A stretch of 64,000 nucleotides of DNA, taken from Desulfatiglandales bacterium (lineage in GTDB: Bacteria > Desulfobacterota > DSM-4660 > Desulfatiglandales > HGW-15). Positions 29,172 through 39,244 of the stretch are shown in pieces (position 1 is the stretch's first letter; every line of letters starts with the position of its first letter). The stretch covers positions 2,944,001 through 3,008,000 of the forward strand of contig CAXXJJ010000004.1 in NCBI GenBank assembly GCA_963667015.2. The letters are read 5' to 3'. Made by a program: the position numbers and the translations under genes. The notes below the pieces were generated by a model. The model had not been told where the DNA came from, did no database searches, and saw only the letters and a program-made list of their open reading frames with translations.

Positions 29172-31787
29172 TTATAAAACTTCATTATTTGCCATACTTA
29201 ATATTTTTTTAATATCGGCGTTTAATTTTGATTTGTAATAATTCACAGAGCTGTCGTTTCCCATAATCATATCAAGCTGCCTGGTATGTATAGTAAGATA
29301 TCCAAGTATCTTAAGGCGGCCTATCATAAACTCTTCATCAAATCCTTCTATCCTTGAAATAAGATTGTCTTCATTGATCGACACACTGAATCCGTAATCC
29401 TCAAGGATAGACCTGATGAAAAAAACCCTGCCGGTTCTCCTGCCTTCATCCGCCGCTCCGCCTTTAAACTGAAAACTGATATAATTTTCACCGCGCCTTT
29501 CACTGACCAGTGCTTCAATGGTTGAGAAATGAAATCCAAGCCTTGAACTCAGGCTGCAGTAGTTTTTTGATATCAGGAAATAATTGCGTTCTGAATATTT
29601 GGTTGATGCCCCTGTTTCAAGATCACGATTAGCAGTAGCCCGAAACATAACCGACATTAGTCCCCTGCCGTCCACGGGAGGAGGCCCTTCCCAGGGGATT
29701 GCAATTATGCCTTCCCATAGGGCAAGCATGGGGACAGATGCGATATCATCTATCTTCACATATTTTCCGATCACCTCATGCCTGAATCCGTCATCCAGGT
29801 TTAGAATCCACCACTGCATGGGAACCTTGAAATAAAGCTGTTTGCTTGACCGCTCAGGAAAGCTGTGATCTCTTCCAAAACTGAACATCTCGTCCACGGA
29901 TTTTTCATGGCATAACCGTGTAATGTCATGAAAGGTCTGGCAGCCGGAAGCTTTAAACTCCACAGAGGAAGGATCAAGGAGATTCAAGGGGATGATATTT
30001 TTTGCCGCATCCCTCAGGGATTCAAATACAGGGCTTCCCTCCATCATATTCCTTTTAGGCTTTTTCCTTTCAAGCAGAGACTCGACTCTTCCTCTGTACA
30101 CAGCGGTTCTTTCCGCATCAATCGTAACAACATCTTCACCGGCAAGAAGCTCAACCGCCCTTTCCATTCCAAATATGGCGGGGACATTAAACTCCCTTGC
30201 CACATTTGCCAGATGTCCTGTTATGCTCCCGTGCTCTGTTACTACCGCGGATGCCCTGCTTAAAAGAACCGCCCACCGGGGTAATGCCTGCACTGTAACC
30301 AGCACCGCCCCTTCCGGAAAACGAAGAAGATCCGCCTCCTTTTTAAGAATAAAAACCCGACCTGACCCCGCACCCGGACTGGCAGTAAATCCGCCTCGAT
30401 TAATCACGTTATCACCTTCAACCCCGAAATGCTCATCAGGAATAAGGTCTTCTATATTTTCCGCCTGCTGCAGGGGCCTGCATTGCAGTATAACGATGGA
30501 ACCGTCTGCCCCTATTGCCCACTCTATGTCCTGGGGAAAACCGTAAAAGGACTCAAGACCGATTACAGCCTTTGCAATCTCGATTGCCTCATCATCTGTC
30601 AATGAAGGTGAATCATTCATTTCACCTGTAATATCCATCCTGCAGATACCTTCATCCGCATAACAGACGAATTTTTCATCCTTATGCACTATATTTCTTT
30701 CCAGCACAGCCATTGGATTATCACGTGAAATTCTGAAGAGGTCTGCCGGAGTGCTCCCGTCAACAACGGGCTTTGGAAGCCCCCATACCGAGCTTATCAG
30801 AACATCCCTGTTCCTGTGATTAACGGGATCTATTGAATAGGCTACGCCTCCTGAACGGGCATCAACCATACTGAGGCACCCCACGCACATGGCTATTGAC
30901 TCATCCCTCATACCCCTGTTCAACCGGTAGGCCATGGCAGCCGGACTGTATTTACTGGCCAGAATACTTTTGTATGAACTGATAATATTTTCCCTGCTGA
31001 CATTCAGTTCCGAACGGTATTGCCCGGCAAATGACGCCCCGGGCATATCCTCTCCAAGGGCGCTGCTGCGTATTGCAACACGTATGTTCTCTCCGTCCTT
31101 ATCCTCAAGAATTCGGTACTGCTCCCATATCTCTTTTTCAAGATCTTCTGGTAATGGTGAATTGAATATCAGTTTCTGAATTGCGGAACTTATGCTGTAG
31201 ATTTTATCCGGGCTGTCATCCTGAAGAGTCTGTAACAGACGGTTTATTTCGTTCTGAATGTCATTGTGTTTTATAAACCTGCGGTAGGCAGTTGAGGTAA
31301 TGGCGAACCCATTTGATATCCTGTAACCGGTTTTTGAAAAAATCTCTCCAAGATTCGCCATTTTACTGCCTACCTGATCGGTATATTCCCTGTTCACCTT
31401 ATCAAGGGGGATGGTCAGAAGCCCCTCTTCGGAACTGTCGTGGTACACAAGATAAGGATTGATTTTTTTCTGTATTTCAATGAATCTCTGATAAAGCTCA
31501 TCATATTTTCCGGAGGTCAGTTCGTTAAGATTTTTTATAATCTGCCAGACACTTGTTGATACACGGGTGCATCGTGACCGGACATATGACATGCCGAAGG
31601 GTTTCTCGCCCCTCAGGGCATTCTCGATCTCAGCCATTATTTCAAGTGCCTTGTTGTTGGCATTGAGGAGCAGTTTAAAGTGATGGTATCTGTCGCGGAA
31701 ATCATTACGGAGCCTTTCCGCCTCAGCAGCATCAATTTCTGTTTTTTTCGAGAATTTATCTTTTATTCTGTTTATGAATTCAAGCAT
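29172..31787 (-). CDS. PEP synthase/pyruvate,water dikinase-like protein (ATP-grasp plus phospho-His swivel domain, non-canonical C-terminus)
   Basis: VGSKMANLGE, AIRSSALGED, SFAGQY, DIEWA, LQCRPL, GSITGHLANVAREF. Confidence 0.85.
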   Translation of the reverse strand: MLEFINRIKDKFSKKTEIDAAEAERLRNDFRDRYHHFKLLLNANNKALEIMAEIENALRGEKPFGMSYVRSRCTRVSTSVWQIIKNLNELTSGKYDELYQRFIEIQKKINPYLVYHDSSEEGLLTIPLDKVNREYTDQVGSKMANLGEIFSKTGYRISNGFAITSTAYRRFIKHNDIQNEINRLLQTLQDDSPDKIYSISSAIQKLIFNSPLPEDLEKEIWEQYRILEDKDGENIRVAIRSSALGEDMPGASFAGQYRSELNVSRENIISSYKSILASKYSPAAMAYRLNRGMRDESIAMCVGCLSMVDARSGGVAYSIDPVNHRNRDVLISSVWGLPKPVVDGSTPADLFRISRDNPMAVLERNIVHKDEKFVCYADEGICRMDITGEMNDSPSLTDDEAIEIAKAVIGLESFYGFPQDIEWAIGADGSIVILQCRPLQQAENIEDLIPDEHFGVEGDNVINRGGFTASPGAGSGRVFILKKEADLLRFPEGAVLVTVQALPRWAVLLSRASAVVTEHGSITGHLANVAREFNVPAIFGMERAVELLAGEDVVTIDAERTAVYRGRVESLLERKKPKRNMMEGSPVFESLRDAAKNIIPLNLLDPSSVEFKASGCQTFHDITRLCHEKSVDEMFSFGRDHSFPERSSKQLYFKVPMQWWILNLDDGFRHEVIGKYVKIDDIASVPMLALWEGIIAIPWEGPPPVDGRGLMSVMFRATANRDLETGASTKYSERNYFLISKNYCSLSSRLGFHFSTIEALVSERRGENYISFQFKGGAADEGRRTGRVFFIRSILEDYGFSVSINEDNLISRIEGFDEEFMIGRLKILGYLTIHTRQLDMIMGNDSSVNYYKSKLNADIKKILSMANNEVL

Positions 31788-32004
31788 TCAGATCCCGATG
31801 ATGTTGAATTGGTCAGAAATAATTGTATCTATTTTCAATACAAAATAGAAGCCGATTTTAAAAAAGGGCAAATTGCGTTATTTATGTGCCTTATGTTCGC
31901 TATAAAATTACCCATTGGAAACAGATAATGAATACTTCATCCCTCTGGTGTCGTATAATTTGCCGACTGTCATCTCTCGACTGAAAGGAGATCCTGCTTT
32001 GTGG

Positions 32005-32032
32005 GTAGGGGCACGATGCGTCGTGCCCCTAC
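32005..32032. repeat. GTAG-type REP palindrome
   Basis: GTAGGGGCACGA-TGCG-TCGTGCCCCTAC, perfect 12-bp stem. Confidence 0.75.
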
Positions 32033-32082
32033 AGCTAATAGATCGAAATGACAAGCAAAGACAATACATCTTTAAGTCGATA

Positions 32083-32772
32083 TTAGTGCTCGTCCAGCTG
32101 AAGGCCCCATCCCTCAAACAGATACATGATTGCAAATCCATACCACAGGGTATACCCCACGTAAAAAATAAGAGAAAAGATAACAACCCATAACCGCTCA
32201 CTTATTTTCTGTGGTTCAATTTTATAGTAATTATAAGAGGTCTCAACCGCCTTTTTTCTTAAGAGATCAACTATCTTTGCCTCTTCAAATTTTTTCTGTC
32301 TCTTTAAATCCTTATCCATTTCCCCGCACACAGCCCACCAGTTATACAAAACCTGCCGTTCATTATATCCGTATTTTTCAGTAATCGAGTTTCCTTCGTT
32401 TTTATACATGCTGTCAGCATCCGCCAGGCAGCTATCAAGGATTTTTCCAAGATCGCCGGAAACCTTTAGCTTATTATCCAGTATTTCAACCTTTGCTCCG
32501 CTCTTGGAAAACAGGATGGCAGTCTGTTCAGCAGCAGATGAATCATTAACTCCAACAGTCAGGCTGACACTTTTTCCAATGAGTTTATCCGTATCTTCTT
32601 TTACCTTCGGAATATAGTAGGCTGATCCCTTTGAGATGGAGTTATAGAGTGCATCAAGATATTCAAGACCATTATGCCCCTTGAATACCGGTGAAAAAAT
32701 AATCACGAGGACAGCAAAAAAGAGCAGCAGTGCAATTCCGCCTTTTGCAAATACCTTTTTATTGGTTATCAT
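32083..32772 (-). CDS. Hypothetical membrane protein (TM-periplasmic-TM), partner of the TauE permease
   Basis: N- and C-terminal TMs; ATGA overlap with the upstream gene. Confidence 0.75.
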   Translation of the reverse strand: MITNKKVFAKGGIALLLFFAVLVIIFSPVFKGHNGLEYLDALYNSISKGSAYYIPKVKEDTDKLIGKSVSLTVGVNDSSAAEQTAILFSKSGAKVEILDNKLKVSGDLGKILDSCLADADSMYKNEGNSITEKYGYNERQVLYNWWAVCGEMDKDLKRQKKFEEAKIVDLLRKKAVETSYNYYKIEPQKISERLWVVIFSLIFYVGYTLWYGFAIMYLFEGWGLQLDEH

Positions 32773-34061
32773 GACTTTACCCCCTTTCTTTTGAGTGTAT
32801 CGATGTTTTTAAGAAAGGTTCCTATTACCCACACGGTAAAGCCGCCTATTACGATAAAAAAGGCCCATATGCCTATCTTATCGAGAACAGCCCCGGTATT
32901 TTTAGATATATTAATTACCTCCATTTCACCAAGCTTTGCAGGCAGCGCGAAAATCCTGTTAACAAATCCGGCAAGTACGGCCATTGCATAAAAACCATTT
33001 ATATAGATGGCCGGCACAACTTTTGTTACCATGGCACCAATCTGGATACCCAGAAGAGATCCCAGCAGCATACCCATTGCAAGGGTGTAAAAGATAAAAC
33101 CGTATATGGCATACTGGCTTATTGCGGCATAACCTGCTGTAAACACAATCTGGAAGATATCCGTACCAACGGTAGTCATCGATGATACACCCATGACATA
33201 TACAAAAATAGGAAAGGTGAGAAATCCTCCCCCGACACCCATGATACCTGCAGCAAAACCAACAATGGCCCCGCTTATGACCAAAAATACCCATGATATA
33301 CTTCTCCCGCCCGGGGTCAGGTCATGATCAAAAGTAATCATAGGCGGAACCTTTATTGACTGGATTCTTCTGGGAAGTTTTGCAATCCTTGCACTTCCCT
33401 CTGTTCCGGAATGGGCGCCATGTCCTGATCCGCCTCCATATTTTCTGGTCTTGAGAAAATCTGTCATCGCGTAGGCCCCGAGAAAACCGAGCATAAGGGA
33501 ATAGACTGTTGTTATAAATGCATCACTCAAGACAGGATTCATTTCATATAAAACCCTGTTAATGACTCCTCCTGCGGTGGCGCCAATCATTGCTCCCAGT
33601 AAAAAGACTACTGCAAGACGTACGGATACATTCCCAAGTTTTTTATGTATTACGCTTCCCATGATCGCCTTGGCAAATATGTGAAACAGATCTGTACCGA
33701 CTGCAAGAATACCTTTAATGCCCGCGCTCATCAGGGCAGGAGCGATAATAAAACCACCGCCTGCACCGATACATCCTGTTATGAGACCTGCACCAAGGCC
33801 GATTAATATCGAGACTATGAATATCCCGGTCGAGTAAAATGCCGGGCTGTAGGCTTTTTTTCCGCCAAGCAGATCAGGCAGTGCACCGTTTATCTGATCC
33901 GCAAAGGCAATACCACCCAGGACACATGGAATCGAAAGCAGTAATAAAATAAAAAGCCGCTTTCTGTCTCCAAGTATTCGTCTGGAGACATCGAGCTCCC
34001 ACCTGGCGTGAGCTCTTGCCCCCATCATCATAAAGCTACCAAGCTGTCTAAAAAAATTCAT
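32769..34061 (-). CDS. TauE/SafE (TSUP) family permease
   Basis: GCIGAGGGFI...AVGTDL and GIMGVGGGFL...TVGTDI repeats. Confidence 0.9.
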   Translation of the reverse strand: MNFFRQLGSFMMMGARAHARWELDVSRRILGDRKRLFILLLLSIPCVLGGIAFADQINGALPDLLGGKKAYSPAFYSTGIFIVSILIGLGAGLITGCIGAGGGFIIAPALMSAGIKGILAVGTDLFHIFAKAIMGSVIHKKLGNVSVRLAVVFLLGAMIGATAGGVINRVLYEMNPVLSDAFITTVYSLMLGFLGAYAMTDFLKTRKYGGGSGHGAHSGTEGSARIAKLPRRIQSIKVPPMITFDHDLTPGGRSISWVFLVISGAIVGFAAGIMGVGGGFLTFPIFVYVMGVSSMTTVGTDIFQIVFTAGYAAISQYAIYGFIFYTLAMGMLLGSLLGIQIGAMVTKVVPAIYINGFYAMAVLAGFVNRIFALPAKLGEMEVINISKNTGAVLDKIGIWAFFIVIGGFTVWVIGTFLKNIDTLKRKGVKS

Positions 34062-34087
34062 AATTATTAACTACCTCCTCATTATAT

Positions 34088-34525
34088 TTACTGTGACAGA
34101 TTATCCTGTTCTCCTTTAACTATTTCCTTCATTCCCCGGATCTTCTTTTCCTGTATACTCTTTTTCTTATGGGCATCCTGTATCTTGTAAAGCAGTTCAT
34201 CAAAATCTACCGGTTTCATAAGATAATCAAAGGCACCCAGTTCCATGCCTTCGATGGCCACTTCCGTGCTTGCATGGCCTGTGAGCATAATAACCTCAAT
34301 AAGCGGAAACTCTTTTTTAATTTCCCTCAACACCTGTATCCCGTCCATACCCCGCATGCGAACATCAAGCAGAACGATATCGGCCGAATTTTTTGCAAGC
34401 CATTCCAGGGCATCTTCTCCATTTTCTACCCCTGTTATTTCAAGCCCCCGCCTCTTTAAACGCTTTGCAAGGGTTTCGATATAATCCCTTTCATCATCTA
34501 CAATAAGGACATTAGTCTCATCCAT
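34088..34525 (-). CDS. Single-domain response regulator
   Basis: LIVDDE, LLDVRM, MKP. Confidence 0.92.
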   Translation of the reverse strand: MDETNVLIVDDERDYIETLAKRLKRRGLEITGVENGEDALEWLAKNSADIVLLDVRMRGMDGIQVLREIKKEFPLIEVIMLTGHASTEVAIEGMELGAFDYLMKPVDFDELLYKIQDAHKKKSIQEKKIRGMKEIVKGEQDNLSQ

Positions 34526-34976
34526 TTTCCTTGCCTCCCTTTGACTTCATGGCGTCATGAATCTTTTCAAGAAGTTCATCCAGTTCACAGGGCTTTGTAA
34601 GGTAATCAAAGGCACCGTATTCAATGCCGTCCCTTGCAGCCATTTCGGAACCATGACCTGTAAGCATTATTACCGCCATCTGAGGATACATCTTCTTGAA
34701 AATCTTCAGCACCTCAATCCCGTCCATGTCTTCCATCTTAAGATCAAGCAGAGCCACATCAAAATCCTGTTTCCGCAGGGCACTTATCCCTTCCGAGCCG
34801 CTGTATGCCCTGCATACGTCAATGCCTCTTTTTGAAAGCCTGTTAGAAAGCACATGAACAAAACCCTTTTCATCATCAACAAAAAGAAGTTTTATTTTTC
34901 CGGATTTTTTTATTTCGCTCTCCATACACTCTCCGGTTTTTTCAGGCAGATCATTGTTTTGTCCAATCCTATCCAT
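34518..34976 (-). CDS. Single-domain response regulator
   Basis: LFVDDE, LLDLKM, TKP; alternative start at 34925. Confidence 0.9.
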   Translation of the reverse strand: MDRIGQNNDLPEKTGECMESEIKKSGKIKLLFVDDEKGFVHVLSNRLSKRGIDVCRAYSGSEGISALRKQDFDVALLDLKMEDMDGIEVLKIFKKMYPQMAVIMLTGHGSEMAARDGIEYGAFDYLTKPCELDELLEKIHDAMKSKGGKENG

Positions 34977-35400
34977 GCCTGGATGCTATCTCTTTTATTC
35001 TGGCCTCGCGGATCTTTTCCTCATGCTTACGCTTTTTAGCCGCAGCCTCGGTAACCTTGGAAACAAGCTGCTCTATGTCACATGGTTTCATCAGGTAATC
35101 AAAGGCCCCTATTTTCATGCCTTCAATCGCTGTTTCAACAGTCGCATGGGCCGTGAGCATGACTACTTCAACAAGGGGAAACTCCTTTTTAATCTCCTTC
35201 AGTGTATCAATCCCATCCATACCCGGCATCTTTACGTCAAGTACAACAACGTCGAGATTTTTATTATTACTCAGGCTTTCAAGGGCTTCAGGCCCGCTGA
35301 AGGCTGATATAACATTAAGGTCTCTTTTAACAAGCCGCCTGGTAATGGCCTCTACAAAACCGATCTCGTCATCAACTAATAAGACAAATGGGTTAATCAT
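34969..35400 (-). CDS. Single-domain response regulator
   Basis: LLVDDE, VLDVKMPG, MKP. Confidence 0.92.
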   Translation of the reverse strand: MINPFVLLVDDEIGFVEAITRRLVKRDLNVISAFSGPEALESLSNNKNLDVVVLDVKMPGMDGIDTLKEIKKEFPLVEVVMLTAHATVETAIEGMKIGAFDYLMKPCDIEQLVSKVTEAAAKKRKHEEKIREARIKEIASRHG

Positions 35401-35462
35401 AATAAATCTCCTTTCCTTTAAAACCGGATTTAAAGGGTTTGTCCGAACACAGATATATCAGC

Positions 35463-37142
35463 TTATCCTGACACCCCTGATACCGGTATTTTTATAAAGA
35501 AACTTGTTCCAGCTCCTACTGTACTGTGAACAACTATCTCGCCGCCCAGATTCTTCACGATTCCGTAACAGATCGACAGCCCAAGACCTGTGCCCTTTCC
35601 GACAGGTTTTGTCGTAAAAAAGGGATCGAATATCTTCTGCAGGTTGGGGCCGGGGATACCGGGACCGCTGTCCGTGATTTCAATAACTATAAAGTTGTTT
35701 TCCAGTCTGGTTGAAATCTTCAGTATACCTCCCTGTTTATCCATGGCATCAAGGGCATTGTTAATAATATTAAGGAATACCTGCTGCATCTCTGTCTGGG
35801 AAACTTCAACTTCAGGGATTTCATCCAGGTTCACATCCATTTCGACATTTGCATACTTTGCCCTCTGGGACGAAATAGCCACTATCTCTTCAACAATGTC
35901 ATTCAGCTGGGTCTTCCGGACCCTGGAATCGGTCTTTCTGGCAAAACTTAAAAGTTTCTGGGTTATCTCCTTGCACCTGTGCCCCTGAGTCCTTATCTGC
36001 CTGAGGGATCGTTTGAATTCTTCATTGTTCTTTTCAAAGGATTCCTCTCCTTCCGCAAGCAGATCCTCCATCCAGCCCGCCTCTTCAACCATTATAGCAA
36101 CTGGATTATTTATCTCATGTGCGATACCGGCAGCCAGCTCTCCTACACTGGCAAGCTTTCCGGTTTCTATTATCTGCTCATTCATAAACTGCTTTTCGTT
36201 TTCCGCCTTTTCAATATTTAAGGACATATTTTTAAAACGGACATAGGCCATTAAGATTGTTGTCATGCTTCCAAGCAGGATTATGATCAGTGCAATATTC
36301 AGGGCATCAAAAAAGACCGAAAAGGCATCCGACGCCATCTGCTGACAGACCAGAATCCACTCTCCTTTCTTAAGAAAGGCTGCGACGTATATGTCCTTCC
36401 CTGGTGTACCCTTTTTGATTTCCTCGAACAGGACCTCCTTTGCCCCTCTATAATTAAGAAAAGTCGTATAGGGAGGGTCGGCTGGATTTACATTAAACAG
36501 AGGTTTGGTCTGGAATTCCCCTTTTCGATTGAGGATAAAGGCAAAGCCTGTCTCACCGATACGCACATTTTCAACAAGATCGTTAAAGGCCACAAAATCT
36601 ATGGTTGCCCTTAAAAGCCATGGTTTTCCGTCTCTGACAGTTCTTACCGTGATTATAAAATGAGGGAGGCCTCTCAAACCAAGGAACACATCACTCAGAT
36701 AGTAAGGTTTTTCCATCGCCCTGTTGAACCATTCGGAGTTTGAGTAATCGGCCTTTCCAAGCTTGAAAGGACCTGCATATGCAACCTGAATCCCTTCAGA
36801 ATCTATTACACCAAGGTCAACAAACACCGCACTGTATTCCTCCTGGAGCAGCATAAGCTGCACCTCAAGAAAGGAATGGTCGCTTAATCTTTCTAAACTG
36901 CTGCTTTCTGCAATAAACCTGATGTTTCCAAGTTTTTCATCAAGGAAGCTGTCAATGTTGATTTTGTGTTTTTTGACAAGCGTGGAAAGATGGTCTTCAA
37001 CCTTTATTTTGTAGGAGTCATAAAGCTGATAGAGGATTACACCGCTTACGAGTATAAGCGGAATTATAGACGTAACCAGAACGCCTAAAAATCTGTCCTT
37101 CAGGAACAGTATAAAATAATTTTTTCCCTGACTGTTTTCCAT
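35463..37142 (-). CDS. Cache-domain sensor histidine kinase
   Basis: AHEINNP, G-boxes; fourth paralogue. Confidence 0.92.
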   Translation of the reverse strand: MENSQGKNYFILFLKDRFLGVLVTSIIPLILVSGVILYQLYDSYKIKVEDHLSTLVKKHKINIDSFLDEKLGNIRFIAESSSLERLSDHSFLEVQLMLLQEEYSAVFVDLGVIDSEGIQVAYAGPFKLGKADYSNSEWFNRAMEKPYYLSDVFLGLRGLPHFIITVRTVRDGKPWLLRATIDFVAFNDLVENVRIGETGFAFILNRKGEFQTKPLFNVNPADPPYTTFLNYRGAKEVLFEEIKKGTPGKDIYVAAFLKKGEWILVCQQMASDAFSVFFDALNIALIIILLGSMTTILMAYVRFKNMSLNIEKAENEKQFMNEQIIETGKLASVGELAAGIAHEINNPVAIMVEEAGWMEDLLAEGEESFEKNNEEFKRSLRQIRTQGHRCKEITQKLLSFARKTDSRVRKTQLNDIVEEIVAISSQRAKYANVEMDVNLDEIPEVEVSQTEMQQVFLNIINNALDAMDKQGGILKISTRLENNFIVIEITDSGPGIPGPNLQKIFDPFFTTKPVGKGTGLGLSICYGIVKNLGGEIVVHSTVGAGTSFFIKIPVSGVSG

Positions 37143-37194
37143 GTAAGTGTCCTATGTCCCATCGCATATGGACAGTTTAATCCGGGTTATTTTT

Positions 37195-37557
37195 CTACTT
37201 TTTCAAGAGCGCACTAACCACCTGTTTAAGGTTATCTATGCCATGCCCCCTCTTTTCAACAAAATGCAGAGGCTTGTATATGCCGCTGGCATCATCACGA
37301 TTGTTGCTGTATGAATGAAGGATAACGGGCAGTTTTGCAGTCATCTCGATAAGGGTCTGCATTAGTGTTTCATACTCAAGGTCCGGCAGATCAGGATCAA
37401 GGATAAGAAGTCTGATAGAATCATCGTGTCTGATGCGGTCAAGGATCTCTTCGGCGCTTTTTGCCAGTTCAATACTGTAGCCGTCTATCTTCATCTCACG
37501 TTTAAGATACTCTCTCACATTTTTATTTCTGTCTGATATGAGAATTTTTTTTTCCAC
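37195..37557 (-). CDS. Atypical receiver-domain protein
   Basis: CheY-like pattern with LILDPDLP and FVEK, but the acidic pocket reads SDRN. Confidence 0.7.
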   Translation of the reverse strand: MEKKILISDRNKNVREYLKREMKIDGYSIELAKSAEEILDRIRHDDSIRLLILDPDLPDLEYETLMQTLIEMTAKLPVILHSYSNNRDDASGIYKPLHFVEKRGHGIDNLKQVVSALLKK

Positions 37558-37654
37558 TTTCTCATCGGCCTCTTAGTTTTATCTGCGCAGTAATAAATCA
37601 ACTTACATGCGGCTTGACCTTGCAGTCCTTCATACTCATACGAATAGATAGAGA

Positions 37655-37669
37655 GCAACTAATATGCCA
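37655..37669 (-). promoter_or_regulatory. Sigma54 promoter
   Basis: TGGCAT-ATTAG-TTGC. Confidence 0.78.
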
Positions 37670-37761
37670 AATGGGAATGCGGTCAAAAAAGCATAACTAC
37701 CTGTTAAATTTAGCTATTCAAAATGACATGCTATACCGGGTAATTCACTTTTCTTTTTTTA

Positions 37762-37778
37762 TGTCGGTTTTTTTTACA
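37762..37778. promoter_or_regulatory. Putative enhancer (UAS), variant
   Basis: TGTCGG-TTTTT-TTTACA, 93 bp from the -24 box, with TGTAAA 20 bp further on. Confidence 0.55.
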
Positions 37779-37813
37779 CTATGTAAAAAGAAGAAACCGC
37801 ACAATATTATATT

Positions 37814-39244
37814 TTAGTCGTCCTTCACGGATGTTTCAAGAGTGATCTGATATTTTTCAATCCTTGAATGAAGCGTCGGTCTTGAGAGGCCCAGAAGCTT
37901 TGCGGCCTTTGTCCTGTTTCCGCCTGTGATGTTAAGGGCCTCCTTTATGAGTATGCCTGCGAAGTGATCCATGCATGAATCAAAGACATTGCCCCTGTTT
38001 TCGGATGACAGTTCTTCCCTTATCCAGTGTACAATCTCACGGTCAGTCTCTGTCTTTCCTTCGCCTCCTACAGCCATCTTACCGCTGATGGCCCTGGTTA
38101 TATCATCCAGGCTTATCGGGGTTCCACGGTTAAATATCAATGCCTTCTGAAGGATGTTTGAAAGTTCTCTCACATTTCCGGGCCATGGATAACTCACAAG
38201 CACCTTCTTTGCCTCCTCTGTTATGCCCGGGTTATTGATGCCCAGCTCATTTGCAAACCGGGGTAAAAAATAATCAACAAGAAGAGGGATATCCGCAGCC
38301 CTTTTATTTAAGGGAGGAAGACCGATTGTTACGACCTTGAGGCGGAAATAGAGGTCCTCACGGAATCTGCCGGCAGCAATTCCGGCTTCAAGATCCCTGT
38401 TTGTTGCCGCGATTATTCTAACATCAACAGGAATTGTAGATCTGCCGCCAAGACGCTCTATGCTCTTTTCCTGAAGCAGTCTGAGTATTTTTGCCTGTAT
38501 TCCGGGTGGCATATCCCCTATTTCATCAAGAAAGATGGTTCCGTGATTTGCCTGCTCAACCTTTCCGATACGCCTGTGGGTTGCACCGGTAAAGGCGCCC
38601 TTCTCATATCCGAACAGTTCACTTTCAAGCAGGGTTTCAGGTATGGCTACACAGTTGATCACAAGAAAGGGTTTTCCGGCCCTCAGACTGTGCTGATAAA
38701 GCGCCCTCGCTACGAGTTCCTTACCGGTGCCTGATTCACCGCGGATCAGGACGGTCGCATCTGTTGGTGAAACTCGGCCTATAGCCTTGTAGATCTCCTG
38801 CATGGCGCTGCTTCTGCCTATAAGCGCCTCACCGGAAGTACTGTCAGGGGCTGGATTCATGTTAACAGGCCTGCGCATGAACCTGGCTGACTCCATTGCC
38901 TGGCTGATTGTAGTAAGCATGTCAGGGACATCAAAGGGTTTAAGTATGTAATCAAAGGCACCCAGTTTTGTAGCCTCTATCGCAGTCTCTGTTGTACCGA
39001 AGGCCGTCATTATTATTGCAGGGAGTTTGGGATCAATCGCATTTATTTTTTTGTAAACCTCCATACCGTTCATACCCGGAAGTTTCATATCCAGCACAAC
39101 CACATCGGGAGGATTTTCCTGAACCTTCTTCAGCCCCAGTTCCCCTGAAGGAGCCGAAAAGACCGTATAGCCTTCTTCATTGAGCAGTTTTTCAAAACTT
39201 TTTCTTAAGGGATCATCATCATCAATTATAAGAATATTGCTCAC
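37814..39244 (-). CDS. Sigma54-dependent response regulator (NtrC family)
   Basis: Receiver, GESGTGKE, GAFTGA, WPGNVREL, Fis HTH (GGNRTKAAKLLG). Confidence 0.95.
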   Translation of the reverse strand: MSNILIIDDDDPLRKSFEKLLNEEGYTVFSAPSGELGLKKVQENPPDVVVLDMKLPGMNGMEVYKKINAIDPKLPAIIMTAFGTTETAIEATKLGAFDYILKPFDVPDMLTTISQAMESARFMRRPVNMNPAPDSTSGEALIGRSSAMQEIYKAIGRVSPTDATVLIRGESGTGKELVARALYQHSLRAGKPFLVINCVAIPETLLESELFGYEKGAFTGATHRRIGKVEQANHGTIFLDEIGDMPPGIQAKILRLLQEKSIERLGGRSTIPVDVRIIAATNRDLEAGIAAGRFREDLYFRLKVVTIGLPPLNKRAADIPLLVDYFLPRFANELGINNPGITEEAKKVLVSYPWPGNVRELSNILQKALIFNRGTPISLDDITRAISGKMAVGGEGKTETDREIVHWIREELSSENRGNVFDSCMDHFAGILIKEALNITGGNRTKAAKLLGLSRPTLHSRIEKYQITLETSVKDD

